This document shows, piece after piece, positions 1-14,555 of a DNA stretch of 64,000 bases. Below the pieces are notes generated by a model, which had not been told where the DNA came from, did not search any database, and saw only the letters and a list, made by a program, of their open reading frames with translations. The position numbers and the translations under genes are program-made. Source of the stretch: Eledone cirrhosa (Eukaryota); the NCBI GenBank assembly GCA_964016885.1, contig OZ024751.1, positions 38,440,001-38,504,000 on the forward strand. Direction: 5' to 3'. Positions within the stretch are counted from its first letter, which is position 1, and each line of letters starts with the position of its first letter.

Positions 1-42
1 TAGATATCTTACATTATGCATTCATCCACACACCTACATAAA

Positions 43-390
<348 letters not shown>

Positions 391-404
391 TATATATATA
401 TTTA

Positions 405-523
<119 letters not shown>

Positions 524-1108
524 CATATATATAATCGAAGAAATTGATGAAAGAGAAGCAAACCGTTAAAATATATTTATAAGAAGCTCTTACACAAAAA
601 TACTCCACGTACATGAACACATAGATGCATAAAAAAAGCACAAACACAAAAATATATATATACATGTATGCAAATATAAACAAATATACATTCATGAAAA
701 TACACTCATACACGACCAATCAGGACACCCACGCACTCACATGCACGGTTATTTCGTTCATATAAACGAACGTGTAGTCGTAATACGAAAGAAATAATTG
801 AAAACAGGAACTATTACTACGATGCAAAATATTCTTGACAAAAATGAAAGCATGGATCAGAGAAAAGAACTGTCTAAATATACAAGAAGTAGATTGATGA
901 AACCTTCAGAAAATATATCTGCTTTACTTTGAATTACTTTGAAATGCTCTATCAATAGCCATGGTTACAGCATATATATATATATATATAATATAAAAAT
1001 ATATGAATATATACGTATAGTGAATATAAAAAATATATATTCATATATGCATATATATATATATATATTTTTATATATATATTTATATATATATATATAT
1101 ACATAAAT

Positions 1109-1157
<49 letters not shown>

Positions 1158-1551
1158 GGCCCTCATACACTCACACATTATATATATACGCGAACGCAAA
1201 TGTCCTTGATCGTCAAAATTTAGTAGATCAATGATGAAAACTCTTTTATAGTATTATGTTGTCAGCTTCTGTTTGAAGAGAAAGGGAGATAAACCTAGTA
1301 GTGAATGGCAGTTAAAAAACAAAACAAAACAAAACGCTGATATAGAAAAAGCAACAAGAAAAAACAGCAGACAGAAGATAAAAGAGTGTTTTTATGTCTT
1401 CTCAGTTTTTATGCTTATGAGGTCAGCGTCTAAGAGCTTGTGTTTTTATGGTCGGTTGACTTAGTTAGGCCGGGTGACCCTGAAACAAAGAGGTCTGCGA
1501 AGAACAAATATGTTTATTTTATACACCCCCAGCAGAAAGAAAATAGATTTC

Positions 1552-1565
1552 GTAACCATGGCAAC
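1552..1565. promoter_or_regulatory. RFX X-box-like palindrome
   Basis: GTAACCATGGCAAC matches the GTNRCC-AT-GGYAAC consensus; function unverified. Confidence 0.3.
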
Positions 1566-1679
1566 GAATAGCGCGCGTATATTATATATATATATATCAT
1601 ATAAATATAGAATATACATATATTATATATATATATTATATGTATATTATATATGTATATTATATATATACGTGTATAT

Positions 1680-1764
<85 letters not shown>

Positions 1765-1777
1765 ATCTGTCTATCTA

Positions 1778-1810
<33 letters not shown>

Positions 1811-2255
1811 CATTCATTCATTGATCGGACACACTAATTTCAGCAATAGTGAAATGCTTCTTTGAAAGACTGTGACGAAGAATAAAATACACCAGAGTAG
1901 GAAATGAAACAAAAGAAGAAAACAAAATACAAATACAACGCAAAACACAATAGTAAAAAAGGCAAAATAATAATATATAAAATTAGAGAACATTAATTTT
2001 ATCATACAAAATATACGAACTATCATCATGTCCACTGTCCGTTGTTTTAGTCTGTGTGTTGTTGTATATCACTAAACGCTGGAACATATAAACTTGCTAT
2101 TATTTTCGTTAGTAAAGGCTCTTTTGACAGATTTTGCACAACAAAGTACGTAGGAAGTGGAATACAAAGAATGCGGTGCTAAATAATTATTTATAAATTT
2201 CCTTTTATTTAAACATCACATATTTTGACATATTTTGCTAAAAATGTTCGTGATC

Positions 2256-2294
<39 letters not shown>

Positions 2295-2416
2295 CGTGTG
2301 GGTGTGTGTGTGTGTGTGTGTGTCTGTGTGCGTGAGCCACATTGCTTACTTCCCTCTTCCCTCCAACAATTTCTGTGAGAGAAATATGACAAAAACAAAC
2401 ACGCACATTATATACT

Positions 2417-2470
<54 letters not shown>

Positions 2471-2499
2471 TGCATACATACTTACATGTACAGACACAC

Positions 2500-2634
<135 letters not shown>

Positions 2635-2650
2635 TATATATATATATATA

Positions 2651-2687
<37 letters not shown>

Positions 2688-4006
2688 GTTAAGGAGCCGT
2701 TATACAAAGCTATTGAAAAATATTTTGATCCTTACATTTCAGCATTTTCTTTTCTCACATATCCCTATTAGTGCTTACTTTAACCCTCTCACATTTTCCT
2801 ACTATCCATCATCATTATCATCATCATCATCATCATACTGAACATGATATTATCAACACTTCCACTATCCTCTTCCTCGTGATCATCATTCTTAACATAG
2901 TTATCATCGTTGTGTTTCACGACATTTTTCTCCATCGTTACAGACTATTATAAAATATCCTGAAATAGAACATTAAAAAAATACATATATCTCCACCACC
3001 TGCATCTTCAATAACCCCTCTTCCTACACCGCCTCTAATTCAGTCTCTTTCCACACCACACCACACACACTTCAATTTAAACATTCCACCTTCAATTTCT
3101 TCAGATACGTATTGTTAATTTCTTCTTTTTTTATTTCTATCATCCCACCATCTTCCCACCGTCCTCATTCCTGTACTGCCCCCCTATCCTTATACCATGA
3201 CAGTGAGTGTACAAACAATTCAACTTTTAAACCATTTGCTTGTTTCAAGCGACGCAACGTTCAAGTTTTATGAATCTTTGCTCTCTTTACGACAACATTA
3301 ATCACTATATTCCTATTAGAAGAGTGTTAAAATTGTCTTAAATCAAAGGCTAAAAAGCTGACTTTGACCATATCAGAATATATTGCGGACATTAATTTAA
3401 CTTTCATGAATCGAATGAGGTGATTTAAATTAATACGATCAAAACAGAAAACAAATGCTTTCTCCGATTTAAATTTCCTATTACTTTCTACTCATCTACG
3501 CCTTTGCTGCGTTCTTTTATACTCTGTCTGTATTTTAATAAAATAGTACTTCGTTAACATAAGTGGCGATTAAATGCTCGTTGAGATGTATAAGAATGTC
3601 TTAGTGAGAATTTCTTCATTAAATTTGATAGATTACACAGGGAAATTAGATAATTAATAAATATTTATCACTGTTTCTCATTGTCATTAATGTTAGTAAT
3701 TGTTTCAATTAGAAATTTCCAACAGTTTATTGCCTTAACTTTCGGAATATCCAGTGAAAACTTACACAAGTGATGATAGCTACAGCTGGTTAAGACAAAT
3801 TATAACATTACATTATGATGTTTTAATATTTGATATGTTACCTTTATTGTATGCTGGTTTATATTAATGAGTTCAGGAGACGCCATGGCAGAGTTATTTT
3901 AACGTTAATCGTCCAACTTTCTACGTTCTCATTTAAAATTCCATTGAGATCACCAGTTCAGTATTGGGCTCAATTCTTCTTTATTTGCTCTATCTCATAG
4001 TATACA

Positions 4007-4082
<76 letters not shown>

Positions 4083-4171
4083 TGACGATTTAACAGGAGA
4101 AAAGGGTACTTTTATTGAGTCTTTCCTTGCATACTGGAGTATCTCTATGATTCTTTGACTTGTATCTTGTA

Positions 4172-4279
4172 TCTTCTTCTTCTTCTTCTTCTTCTTCTTC
4201 TTCTTCTTCTCCTTCTTCTTCTTCTTCTTCTTCTTCTTCTTCTTCTTCTTCTTCTTCTTCTTCTTCTTCTTCTTCTTCT
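4172..4279. repeat. (TTC)n microsatellite
   Basis: Near-perfect trinucleotide run. Confidence 0.95.
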
Positions 4280-4588
4280 AAGAAGTATTCAAACAGAAAT
4301 ATTCATACAGAAATAAAAAAATCGGGTCTTAATTCCGGACTGGAACATTTCTATCGAACTCGAAATTGTGAAAGAGAAAATTGACTTCGGTGGGATTTGA
4401 ACCCAGGTAATTCGGAAGATGGATATATTCCGTCTTGTAATATAATTCACTGTACTTAGCTATCGAATAAATATATTGTACGGAGATGCCATCTACCTGA
4501 CTAAGAACAAAACCCTTTTAAACATTTACTGCAGTCTTGTTTAATGGCATTTAATCGATAATATAGACCCAAATACCCATGAGGATGT

Positions 4589-4627
<39 letters not shown>

Positions 4628-4677
4628 GTAAGTATGTATGTATACGTACATACATATATGTATACAGACGTACAGTA

Positions 4678-4714
<37 letters not shown>

Positions 4715-4937
4715 TATACATATATGCATACAGGTACACATACATATATGCACGCATCAGTTTAGCCGACGTTATTATAACGCCGCTTTGTTCGTTTGTT
4801 TGTCAACAAACCGAACAGCATGAATTTATGCCATACGGTGTTAAGGCAACCACGTCACCTTTTTGTTCAACACTGACATTTAAGTAAGTGCCATACTAAG
4901 AGTGAGAAATGAAATTTCGTTTTCATTTTTTTTTCAA

Positions 4938-5014
<77 letters not shown>

Positions 5015-5050
5015 TTATATATGTATGCATATACATATATATGATTGACC

Positions 5051-5200
5051 ACCATACAATTTCCGTGCACCAAACAGTAATTAGAAGGCATTTGGTGAAT
5101 CCTAGGCTACAAAAAATACTAGACAAAGGTATCATGCAATGGGATAGCGCACGAAACCACGAGATTGTGGAGCGAACTGTTAACCACACAGCTATACCTT
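5051..5200 (-). mobile_element. Decayed tRNA-derived SINE (family 2)
   Basis: Minus strand begins tagctgtgtggttaa (A-box-like) and ends tttggtgcacggaaattgtatgg; same end motif as the copy at 7264. Confidence 0.55.
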
Positions 5201-5896
5201 CTCTAATGTAGATTCTTCTTTAAAAACTAAAATATAATGAATATAAATAACATTATTATTCGAAAAAAAATGTATAATGTGAAGATTTCATTGTTTTATT
5301 TCTTTTAATCACTCCACTAATTACCCGCTTTGTCAGAGTTATTAATCTTTTTTCTCACCAAATATAATTAATTTTTGATCAGTTAAACACTGTCATATAA
5401 ATCAGTTGCTATGTAATTATCATTGCTTTTTAATTGTCTTTTCAACGAGGTGAGTTGCTTTGGACTGAACGACTTCTTAATAAAAAGAAACAAAAGACAA
5501 ATGCCATGAATTTACCATGAACACGGTGGTGCAAAGGTTAACGGATGGTGACCACGATATCAAGATTTCAATTCCAGTTTATATGGATAATAGGATTTGA
5601 TTCGTAGAATGGACGTTCTTCTGCTTTGATGACATATATTCCCATCGTTTCATCAACCGGACAACCTGTTCTTGAAATTGATATACATGTGATGGTGTAT
5701 TTTCCAGACACATAGAGCCATAACATAATTATGAAGTAGATTCAGCCAGACAGGGCTTCACGAGGTCCGCTCTTTGAATTTAAATTATTGTCAATCCAAT
5801 GGCAATCCAAGCACTTAGCGTGTACCCAAATTCATTCCGGAAGGGATGGGTTGGGTAAATAAGAGCATATTTTAAACGGCACTTGTCCAAGACGCA

Positions 5897-6116
5897 ATAA
5901 CTGTTTCTAAAATAGGCACAAGGCCAACAATTTGGGGGAAGGGAAAGTCGATTATATCGACCCCAGGATTATACCCATACTTCATTCTATCGACGGGGAT
6001 GTATGAAAGGCAAAGTTAAGCTCGATACAATTTGAAATTAGAATGCAAATAGACGTAACTAAATACCACAAATATTTTAGTTTGATGCTCTAAGGATTCT
6101 AGAAATCCGCTGCCCT
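5897..6116 (-). mobile_element. SINE family 1 (tRNA head, Meta-SINE-like core), long-tail variant
   Basis: Contains ggcacaaggcc, gtcgattatatcgacccc and atgaaaggcaaagtt shared with copies at 11983, 20585, 26832, 41030. Confidence 0.75.
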
Positions 6117-7263
6117 CACATTTACTAAATTATGGAAACTACGTGATATATTGCGTGTTCAAGTAGTAAACATTGTATTCTACTGCACGGACGCCTATTC
6201 TCTCGTATACCATCATAAACCGCAGTTCCCAGAGATGTACTCCGATCTACTTTTGTAGAATGTTCTTAATCAAAATAAGTTTCGCAAGCAATTTCCTTCA
6301 GTAACATTCCACTTTTAATTATACAAGTTATTTCATCCAGTAATTCTTCTTGCTTGAATCCCATGGAAATTACTGGATTAACGGTTTTAGTCAACATGTG
6401 GGATGTACGTCATTTTCTAAGGATCAACTTCTAGTATATATCTAGATTCATCAATCTACAGTTTCAAAGTTGTTTCTATATTTAAAAGATTGTACAATAT
6501 ATTAGAAACAAAATAATTGCAAATATTTGCCACTCGTCTTACATAATATTTATTTTCAAGCTGCCTGGAACTTAGAAAGTAATTAAAGCGTACATTGAAA
6601 CCGATAGATTTCATCACACCACTATCTGTTAATTAAACTAAAGTATTTCCAAGCACGAAAATCTCCTTAGAATATGAGTAATTCCCAAAGATATCTAATT
6701 AAATTAATGCCCATAGAACCATAATGGCTATAAGTGTCACTTTTCTCTTTGCCACTTACTAGATTAACACATGATCAAGACATGGGGAGCTGAGAGCTAA
6801 TTTTATGGGAAACTCCCTCAAGGTAATCAGCTGATCCTGTTAAATTGCAGCATAACTTCCAGCGGTGGAGATACTTGTGGTGTTGGTAGTGGTGGAGTAT
6901 ATACTACTGATACACATAATGCTCAGTGATATATTGTTAAAGTTAAAGCTAAACGGTAAAGTTAAACATATATAAATTACATAGTTTCAATAATAGACAT
7001 TATAATATCTCATCAAAGTGACTAGCTCGTTTGATCTGCGTAGTAATATGAAGCGGTTGTTATAAGTACATTTTACATGATTCCACGCATGCGTGATAGA
7101 ATGCATTATACGTTCGCTGAATATTAATTAGTTTCTGTGTTCAAAACCACTGAGTTACATCTTTAGCCAAGTTTCAACATCTACGGTTTTCAATCCAACC
7201 TGTTTTTCTATCAACAAAAACAGTATATTCGTAAGACCTATTTGAATTACAGCTCATCAATGA

Positions 7264-7400
7264 GACGGGCATCCATACAGTTTCCGTCTACCAAATTTCA
7301 CTCCGACGGCTTGGATCTACGCGTGCCTATAGTAAATATCGCTTGAACTAGCTAGATGTCACGCAATTGGAACAAATCTGTAAAATGATGATTGCAAATC
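7264..7400 (-). mobile_element. Decayed SINE (family 2)
   Basis: gacgggcatccatacagtttccgtctaccaaa resembles the end of the 5051 copy. Confidence 0.55.
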
Positions 7401-7873
7401 ATTCGACCAAACTGCATCAACATGTAGAATTAACAAACATTCGGAAAAGACAAGTGAAACATATTGTTAGAGTGGTTGTTGCTGCTTTTAATCACGCAAT
7501 ATATATAACAAATCAAGTGAACATTTAATCAAAGGCGTCTGTTTATATATTTATATATTTTATTCTTTTATGTTGGCATTATATATCTTAGCCTATAGTA
7601 TCCAGTATCCTTCTGTTTTTAAGACGTTAGAGTATGACTTTCAATTCATTTTCATTGTTATTTCTAGCATGTTAAACGATAATGCAAAGACACCATTCCA
7701 CATAAATTAGGCAATACAATATCAAACAATGCTTCTTGTTGCAGTGGCAGAAATGTAATTAACAAAATAAAGGAACATAATCACGTTCAGAATACTAATT
7801 AGCCATAATTACCAATTTACACTCCATCTTATTGAATGCAAATATTGTGTTATCATCCTCAAGATTTTAGCGA

Positions 7874-7946
<73 letters not shown>

Positions 7947-8324
7947 CGGTAAAATCCTCTTTCAGCGGCCTTTATAAGCAGCTATAATTCATGAGACGTT
8001 TTCCTAGATAACCACAACTTGTAGTATCCTACATTTTAAAATCTCTATACCTGTCACATTAACCAACATTTTTCTTACTCACACATTCTCTATTGAATTT
8101 ATTACGTTTTCGCATTTTCTCATTATTAGGGTATAAATGTTGAGGTTTCTCTTAGGTTAAACACTACCTTGATTAAATCTTAACCATTTAACAACGCTCT
8201 ATATATTTATCGACACTGAAGGCGCATGGCTTACTTTTAAAAAATCTATATGAAAGAAACTATTGAAAATTATAACCTATACAACTATAATTTTTGGACA
8301 CACGATACATACCTTGTCAAACAA

Positions 8325-8480
8325 TATATAACTGGACAAACGAGAGATAGATGGTCAAACGATAGATAGCTGGTCAAACGATAGATAGCAGGACAAACCA
8401 TATATAGCTGGTCAAACGATAGAAAACTGGACAGACGATAGAGAGCTGAACAAATATTAGATAACTGGGCATACGATAAC
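8325..8480. repeat. Degenerate ~19 bp minisatellite (agctggtcaaacgatagat)
   Basis: About 8 diverged tandem units visible. Confidence 0.8.
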
Positions 8481-9508
8481 AAGAAATACGGTAAATGGAT
8501 ATACAGTAATGTAAATAGCAGGACATACATTACCTAACACTGAGTGAGATTTCAAATGGCAAAGACGATAGATAACAGAGACATGCGAATTATATCAGAG
8601 ACAGACGTTGTCTAACACCTTCCAATTATCAGGTTACGTATAACAGAAATAATACCCATAATGGAAATAGTTTTATTTCTCTTTCTCCCTCTCTAAATTC
8701 TATTAATACGTCATTCAAGATTTACCTAATGTAAGCCACTGTAAAAACACTGAAATATCCCGGTGTACTGTGTAATTTAGCATAAACACTATACGATAGG
8801 TGATAAAACGTTCACTTGACAGGCTATCATAAAAGGTCAGATAAGTCTAAGGTTGAAGTTACAAGAGCTGGTTTATATCCCTGTTTTATTTCCCCCTTTC
8901 AAATCATTTCTTTTTCCCCATGTATTTAGCAACAGATTTCTTCATTTTATTATTCATGCTATTATTTTTTCTGCAATAGCAGGAACTACATCGGAGCCGA
9001 TTAGAAATGGCTGCCGTTTTGTGTATGTAAATGGACAGAAGCTGTATGTTATTACATTATAATCAAGACGTTAAAAGACAAAAGTAAAGAATGAAGTTTT
9101 CACCCCACACATTTAAAGAAAATTACAATCTCTTCTCCCTCGCAAATTGCTTGATAGGTTTTTATTAGTAAAACATTTATAGAATTCGTGTATCTTGCAA
9201 ATCGTTGCGTTGCAGCTATTATTTTATATCATCATCATCATCACCACGAACATCATCATCATATTAAAGGTGGTGCTTTAAATGAAAATTCGAAATTGCT
9301 TTTTTTTCTTTTCCAATTAACATTCTCATCCCTTTCTGAAATTGTTCTTGCTACTTCATTTGTCTTCTTACTCTCCCTATACAATTCTTCCCTCTTCACT
9401 GTTTTTCCCCTTTTTATTTTTTTTTTTTTCAACTACTCATTTTTTATTTTCTTCAAATTAATGTTTTCCTCACAAATTACTACCATTAGTAATATTTATA
9501 CCCATTAA

Positions 9509-9625
9509 GGCGGGAAATTGGCAGAATGCTCTTCAATGTTCGTCCCGGCTCTCTACGTTCTGAGTTAAAATCTAACCAAGGTCAACTTTACGCTTCATCA
9601 TTTCGAGGTCGATAAAATAGTACCT
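9509..9625 (+). mobile_element. SINE family 1, partial
   Basis: ggcgggaaattggcagaat...ttctgagtt...aggtcaacttt...gaggtcgataaaatagtacc. Confidence 0.7.
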
Positions 9626-9694
9626 CTCCAGCTTTGGTGTCGAATATTTCTCCATCCCTGTTCCCCACGTCCTCTCTATAACACTCACACACAT

Positions 9695-9734
<40 letters not shown>

Positions 9735-9735
9735 A

Positions 9736-9848
<113 letters not shown>

Positions 9849-10629
9849 TTGTTCCTTCTCAAGAAGCAATCAGCTATGTTCAGACCTAGAAACTTGTTGG
9901 GGTCCACTAGGTTAAAAATGTTGCAGACACGTCGAATGTGACTACGACCCTACGAAGTGTTACAAATCCAGGCAGAGTGTGTTTTAGCCCTATTAATTTG
10001 TTTTCAGCTTGGCGAGAATAACACCCACTATATTATGCCGATTAACTTGCTTTATATTATTTTACAGTTTTATTTTACCTTCTAAGTACTATTCCTGCTA
10101 AGGAGGTCAACTTTGTATTTCATCTTCCGATGTCGCTAAAAACATTATTAGTAATGCGGTGAATCTGCAAACTTGAGACAGCGACTTACAACAATTCATT
10201 ACATCTCGTTACATTCTATGTTCTGTCCGATATTTAAGGATCCGTAATTTAGGTACAAACCATAAATAATTTCGTACAGTGGGGAGTCAGTCAATTAAAT
10301 CAATCAACGCCAGTATTTGACTGGTAGATTATTTTGATCTCCTTGTGTCTTATGAATCTGAGGCGTCTCTTTCGGATATGAAGAAGTTAAGTGCAATCTA
10401 GAGTATCCTTCACGAGCAATGGACAAGCAAGACTGATGGAACGTGAGAGTCAGGATAACCCGTGCAAACAACACGCCAAGAAGCTGATTCGTTGGACATT
10501 CAAAGAATACAAATTATAAATTACTTCTATGTTTACGCAAGTAAGGCTCATTCTCTCGTAATACAAATGCACACTGAAGTTAGATACATACATACATACA
10601 TATATACACACACATACATACATGCATAC

Positions 10630-10790
10630 ATTATTGTGGCACTGGGATATGTTCGTAACGGCCTCAATACAAATCTTGAGAAGATGGGCTTCACAGGAAC
10701 AGAAAGAACACAACTAATTAGGAATTTACAAGTACGATCCATTAAAAGAACAGTAAAATATGCAAAACATTCCAAACATTTTGCATCTAA
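10630..10790 (+). pseudogene. Extreme C-terminus of an RLE-type (R4/Dong-like) LINE ORF, in (TACA)n context
   Basis: IIV-ALGYVRNGLNTNLEKMGF...LIRNLQVRSIKRTVK then, after a frameshift, CKTFQTFCI*; parallels PIVIGALG...LQKACLLGT of the 12.5 kb element. Confidence 0.55.
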
Positions 10791-11129
10791 TAGCTGCATA
10801 TACACCTGTATAGATACAAAGCATATACACAAGCACACATACAACTCAAAACATACACATCCACACATACAATAACATCCATATCTACACATGCAGACAT
10901 GCAGACATACATACATATCTACCTTGTTGATGTGTAAATTCCAATGAGAGATTGTTGTGTCTATGTAAGAAACCGCCTCTCTCTCTATTGGTAAAACGTT
11001 GTGAAATTATAAAACGAGAAGAACATACATACATACACAGATGCATACATACATGCATACATACATATAGACATACATACATATAGACATACATACATAT
11101 AGACATACATACATACATACATACATACA

Positions 11130-11161
<32 letters not shown>

Positions 11162-11751
11162 GACATGCACAGGCACATATAACCATATACACACAATAGA
11201 AGCAAAATCATCGACAAAGTTAGGAAGAACTGTCTTGGCATGATGATCACTTGGCTGGAATACAAAGGAAAAAAAATGTCAATAAGCTGATACATGTTAC
11301 ATATTTTATTTTAGTTTAGTTTACTATAGTTTATTTTCGTAATCCTGCTATTGGTGCCTCCGTTATCAAAATAGCGAACTTGTTTTGAAATCGTTTCAAG
11401 GCTAACCGAGGTCAAACACATTCCTAATAGCCATCAATTATGCGTTGATAGACAAATATTGGCAGTCTTAGTCGTCAATTGAAAATAGTATACCCCTTCT
11501 TCTTTTATCCAGGAAGGATAAAAGAAGGGATATTTTGTTGTTGCATTTGTTTTTGTCTGTGTTCTGTTCTGTAATTTTTCGACTTGTTGCTTATCATTAT
11601 TATTATTATTATTATTATATTATACACTGGGATAATTGCTGGCCTTGTGCAAAAGTAGAAACAATTATTATTATATTATAGTTTAGATTTGACATCGTTT
11701 AAACTAAACATTTTGAGAAAGTTTAGAGATACAACAGCAATACTTATTTTG

Positions 11752-11967
11752 ATGTTGTTGTTGTTGTTGTTGTTAGCTGTTTTATTAAATATTGGAGCCC
11801 TATGCCATAATGTTATGCGTTGCCACTTCCTGAGAGTTAAGACTGGTATCTTATGTCCCATTTGTTATAAGAATTATTCTACCACAATTGTTTTAAATAT
11901 GTAAAAAATCAAAAACTTACGGGAGCGATTCCATAACACTCTATCCACCATGTGCGTATCTTCCCTA
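11752..11967 (-). mobile_element. Possible LINE 3' end with (AAC)n tail
   Basis: Minus strand ends AATAAA-acagct-(AAC)n; the other side abuts a (TAA)n tract. Confidence 0.35.
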
Positions 11968-11982
11968 TTATTATTATTATTA

Positions 11983-12198
11983 GGGCGGTGGATTGGCAGT
12001 ATCGGTAGAGGGTCTGACGGAATGCTTTGCAGCAAAGAGTTACGGCCCTTTATGGTCTGAGTTCAAATCCCGCCGAGGTTAACTTTGCCTTTCTTCGTTA
12101 CGGGGTCGATAACATAAAGTACCAGTAATACACTGGGATAATTGCTGACCTTGTGCCGAAAGTACAAACAATTATTATTATAATTATTATTATTATTA
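11983..12198 (+). mobile_element. SINE family 1, full length, short-tail variant with (ATT)n tail
   Basis: A-box-like TGGCAGTATCGG, B-box GTTCAAATCC, core gaggttaactttgcctttc...ggggtcgataa, tail ttgtgccgaaagtacaaacaattattatt. Confidence 0.85.
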
Positions 12199-12217
12199 GG
12201 GAATTATTATTATTATT

Positions 12218-12357
12218 GGGGAATGTTTCATGTTATTTTTTTGTTACATCCTCTGATTTGTTTTTTACACGCAGAAATGCCCATTTGTACCGTCCTGTAT
12301 TGTCCTGCATTGTCCTTAATGTCTACTTTATGTACACCCTTGTGGTTAATAAAGAAA

Positions 12358-12359
<2 letters not shown>
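12218..12359 (+). mobile_element. Possible LINE 3' UTR fragment with (ATT)n tail
   Basis: T-rich segment ending AATAAAgaaatc-(ATT)n, inserted between ATT tracts. Confidence 0.4.
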
Positions 12360-12392
<33 letters not shown>

Positions 12393-12475
12393 GTTGTTAT
12401 TCCTTGAATCTCAGTCATTGATGTTGGTTAACTGGAAAGTCCGTTGGAATGAATATCAAGCCACTACCTGCAGCC

Positions 12476-14000
12476 TCAGATATTCAGGACGTATCGGAGG
12501 GTTCTTGCTGTTCCAAGCAAGCATGCCTTTTGAAGCGTTCCAAAAAGCGTGAAGGGGCCGATTTTCTTTAACCATCCCTGGAAACTTTTGGAGATAGTCC
12601 CCAGTGCGCCTATGACAATCGGGATCACTTTGACTTCATGGCAGTTCCAAATCCTTTTCACCTCCCACTTTAGGTCCTGGTATCGGTTAATTTTCTCCCT
12701 CTCCTTCTCTTGCACTCTCGTGTCGAACGGGCAGGCCACATCCACAATCAGACACGATCTTTTTTCTTTGTCCACAACCACCAGGTCAGGTCTATTGTGT
12801 TCCAGTTTTTTGTCCGTCTGTATCCTAAAATCCCACAGCACCTTCACCTGATTGTTCTCCATCACCGCCTCCGGCCTATGCTCATACCATTTCTCAGAAT
12901 GTGGTAAATTGTTTACTTTGCACAGGTGCCAGTGGATCACCCTGCCCATCACATCGTGTCTCCAGCTCTTATAGTGGGTCTGGGCTAGGTGTTTACACTC
13001 GGACACAATGTGAGCCACAGTCTCCTCTCTCTCTCCACAGATCCTGCACAGTGGGCTAGCCTCCTCCTTGTAAATATGGTGCTTCAACCACTTCGTTTTG
13101 AGGGCCTGCTCCTGCGCAGCCATTATCATTCCTTCTGTAGCCTTTTTGAGGTCTCCTCTTCTCAACCAGTTCCATGTCTGTGGATCTCTAAATTCAGTTT
13201 TCTCAAAGAAGGTACTATGAAGGGATTTTCCCTTAAGGCTGCTCTTCCTCCTTGATGTTATTTCCTCCTTGGACATCCCCTGGCCTACTGTCCCATCCTT
13301 CAGTACAGTTTTGAGCATTGGCTCCTTACTATAGGTCACGTATTTGTATAGGTTGTTTTTCTCCATCTGAACACAGTCCTCTATGCTGATAAGACCTCTT
13401 CCACCCTCAGATCTCCTTAGGTAGAGTCTATCGACATCACTCCTCTTGTGGAACATGTTGTAGATAGTCAATAGCTTCCTAGTCTTCCTATCCATTTCTT
13501 TTTGTTCAGCAACATTCCATCTCAGAATTCCCGCACTGTACCTAATAATAGACACAGCTCGGGAATTTACTGCGCTTATGGCATTTCTGCTGTTCAGATG
13601 TGACTTCAATACGCTCCTTACTCTCCGAATGTATTCAGTTCTTAACAATTCCATCATTTTTTTGTTCTTTATGCCATCAGCCTCCAGAACGCCCAAATAC
13701 TTGTATCCTTCCTCAGAGTCAATTTCCTTTATCATCTCACCTGTTGGTATCTGGATCCCGCTACTTCTGCTCAACCTACCCCTCCTCATCACAATGACTC
13801 CACATTTACCAATACCAAACTGCATACATATATCACTGCTGAAAATACAAGCACATCCAACTCCTTCTCACTTTTCCCGAAGAGCTTAAGATCGTCCATG
13901 AAGAGGAGGTGATTGATGGTAAGCTCTCCCCTTCCCAACTTGTATCCTGCTCTCACTTTTCGCAGCATAGTGGTCAAGGGCATTAGGGCAAGGACAAACA
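12476..14000 (-). pseudogene. C-terminal part of the retrotransposon ORF: RT (FMDD), thumb, CCHC knuckle, RHD, PD-(D/E)xK endonuclease
   Basis: HLLFMDDLKLF; GYKYLGV; EGGRGL; CRICGEREETVAHIVSEC; RHD; NRPDLVVVDK...IVDVACP...EKINRYQDL; frameshift near 13845 (LDVLV / FSSDICMQFG). Confidence 0.92.
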
Positions 14001-14553
14001 TCCCTCCACCCGAAGCTGACGGCCATGCTCAATGACTGCTTGGTGTCGGGTGAGGTGCCAGAGTGGTTGAAAAAAGGTACCACAGTTCTGATAATGAAAG
14101 ACCGAATCAAGGGTAATGATGTTACCAACTATAGACCTATCACATGTCTGTCCGTAATGTGGAAACTGTTGACGAGCATTGTGTCTGAGGAAATCTACCA
14201 TCACCTCCACACAAACAACTTGCTACCGGACGAACAGAAAGGATGCCGAAAGAAGTCACGTGGTACAAAGGACCAGTTACTTATTGATAAGATGGTAATG
14301 GGGAATTGCAGGAGGAGACACACTGATCTTGCCATGGGATGGATAGACTACAGAAAGGCATTTGACTTGGTGCCTCATTCTTGGATCACCAAAAGCCTGG
14401 AGATCTTCAGGGTGGCAGATAACATCAGACAGTTGCTGGGCAGGAGTATGGGGTCCTGGGAGACAGAGTTGACATCAACTGGAGTATCCTTGGGAAGCGT
14501 GAAGATCAAGAGAGGTATCTTGCAGGGAGATAGCCTGTCCCCTCTGTTGTTTG

Positions 14554-14555
<2 letters not shown>
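13998..14555 (+). pseudogene. Inverted N-terminal RT segment (early RT motifs) of the same element
   Basis: TSLHPKL...NYRPITCL...EQKGCR...WIDYRKAFDLVPH...GILQGDSLSPLLFV; it ends exactly where the minus-strand part begins (FVLALMPL). Confidence 0.92.

Larger units (their letters stand above)
12401..14555 (-). mobile_element. R4/Dong-type non-LTR retrotransposon, 5'-truncated with 5' inversion, inserted in (TAA)n
   Basis: RT + CCHC + restriction-like endonuclease; ~75 nt 3' UTR followed by (TAA)n; both flanks are (ATT)n; GC content far above background. Confidence 0.9.

Noticed and set aside
8325-8480. CRISPR-like repeat array
   Set aside because: Contiguous degenerate units with no unique spacers; eukaryotic context
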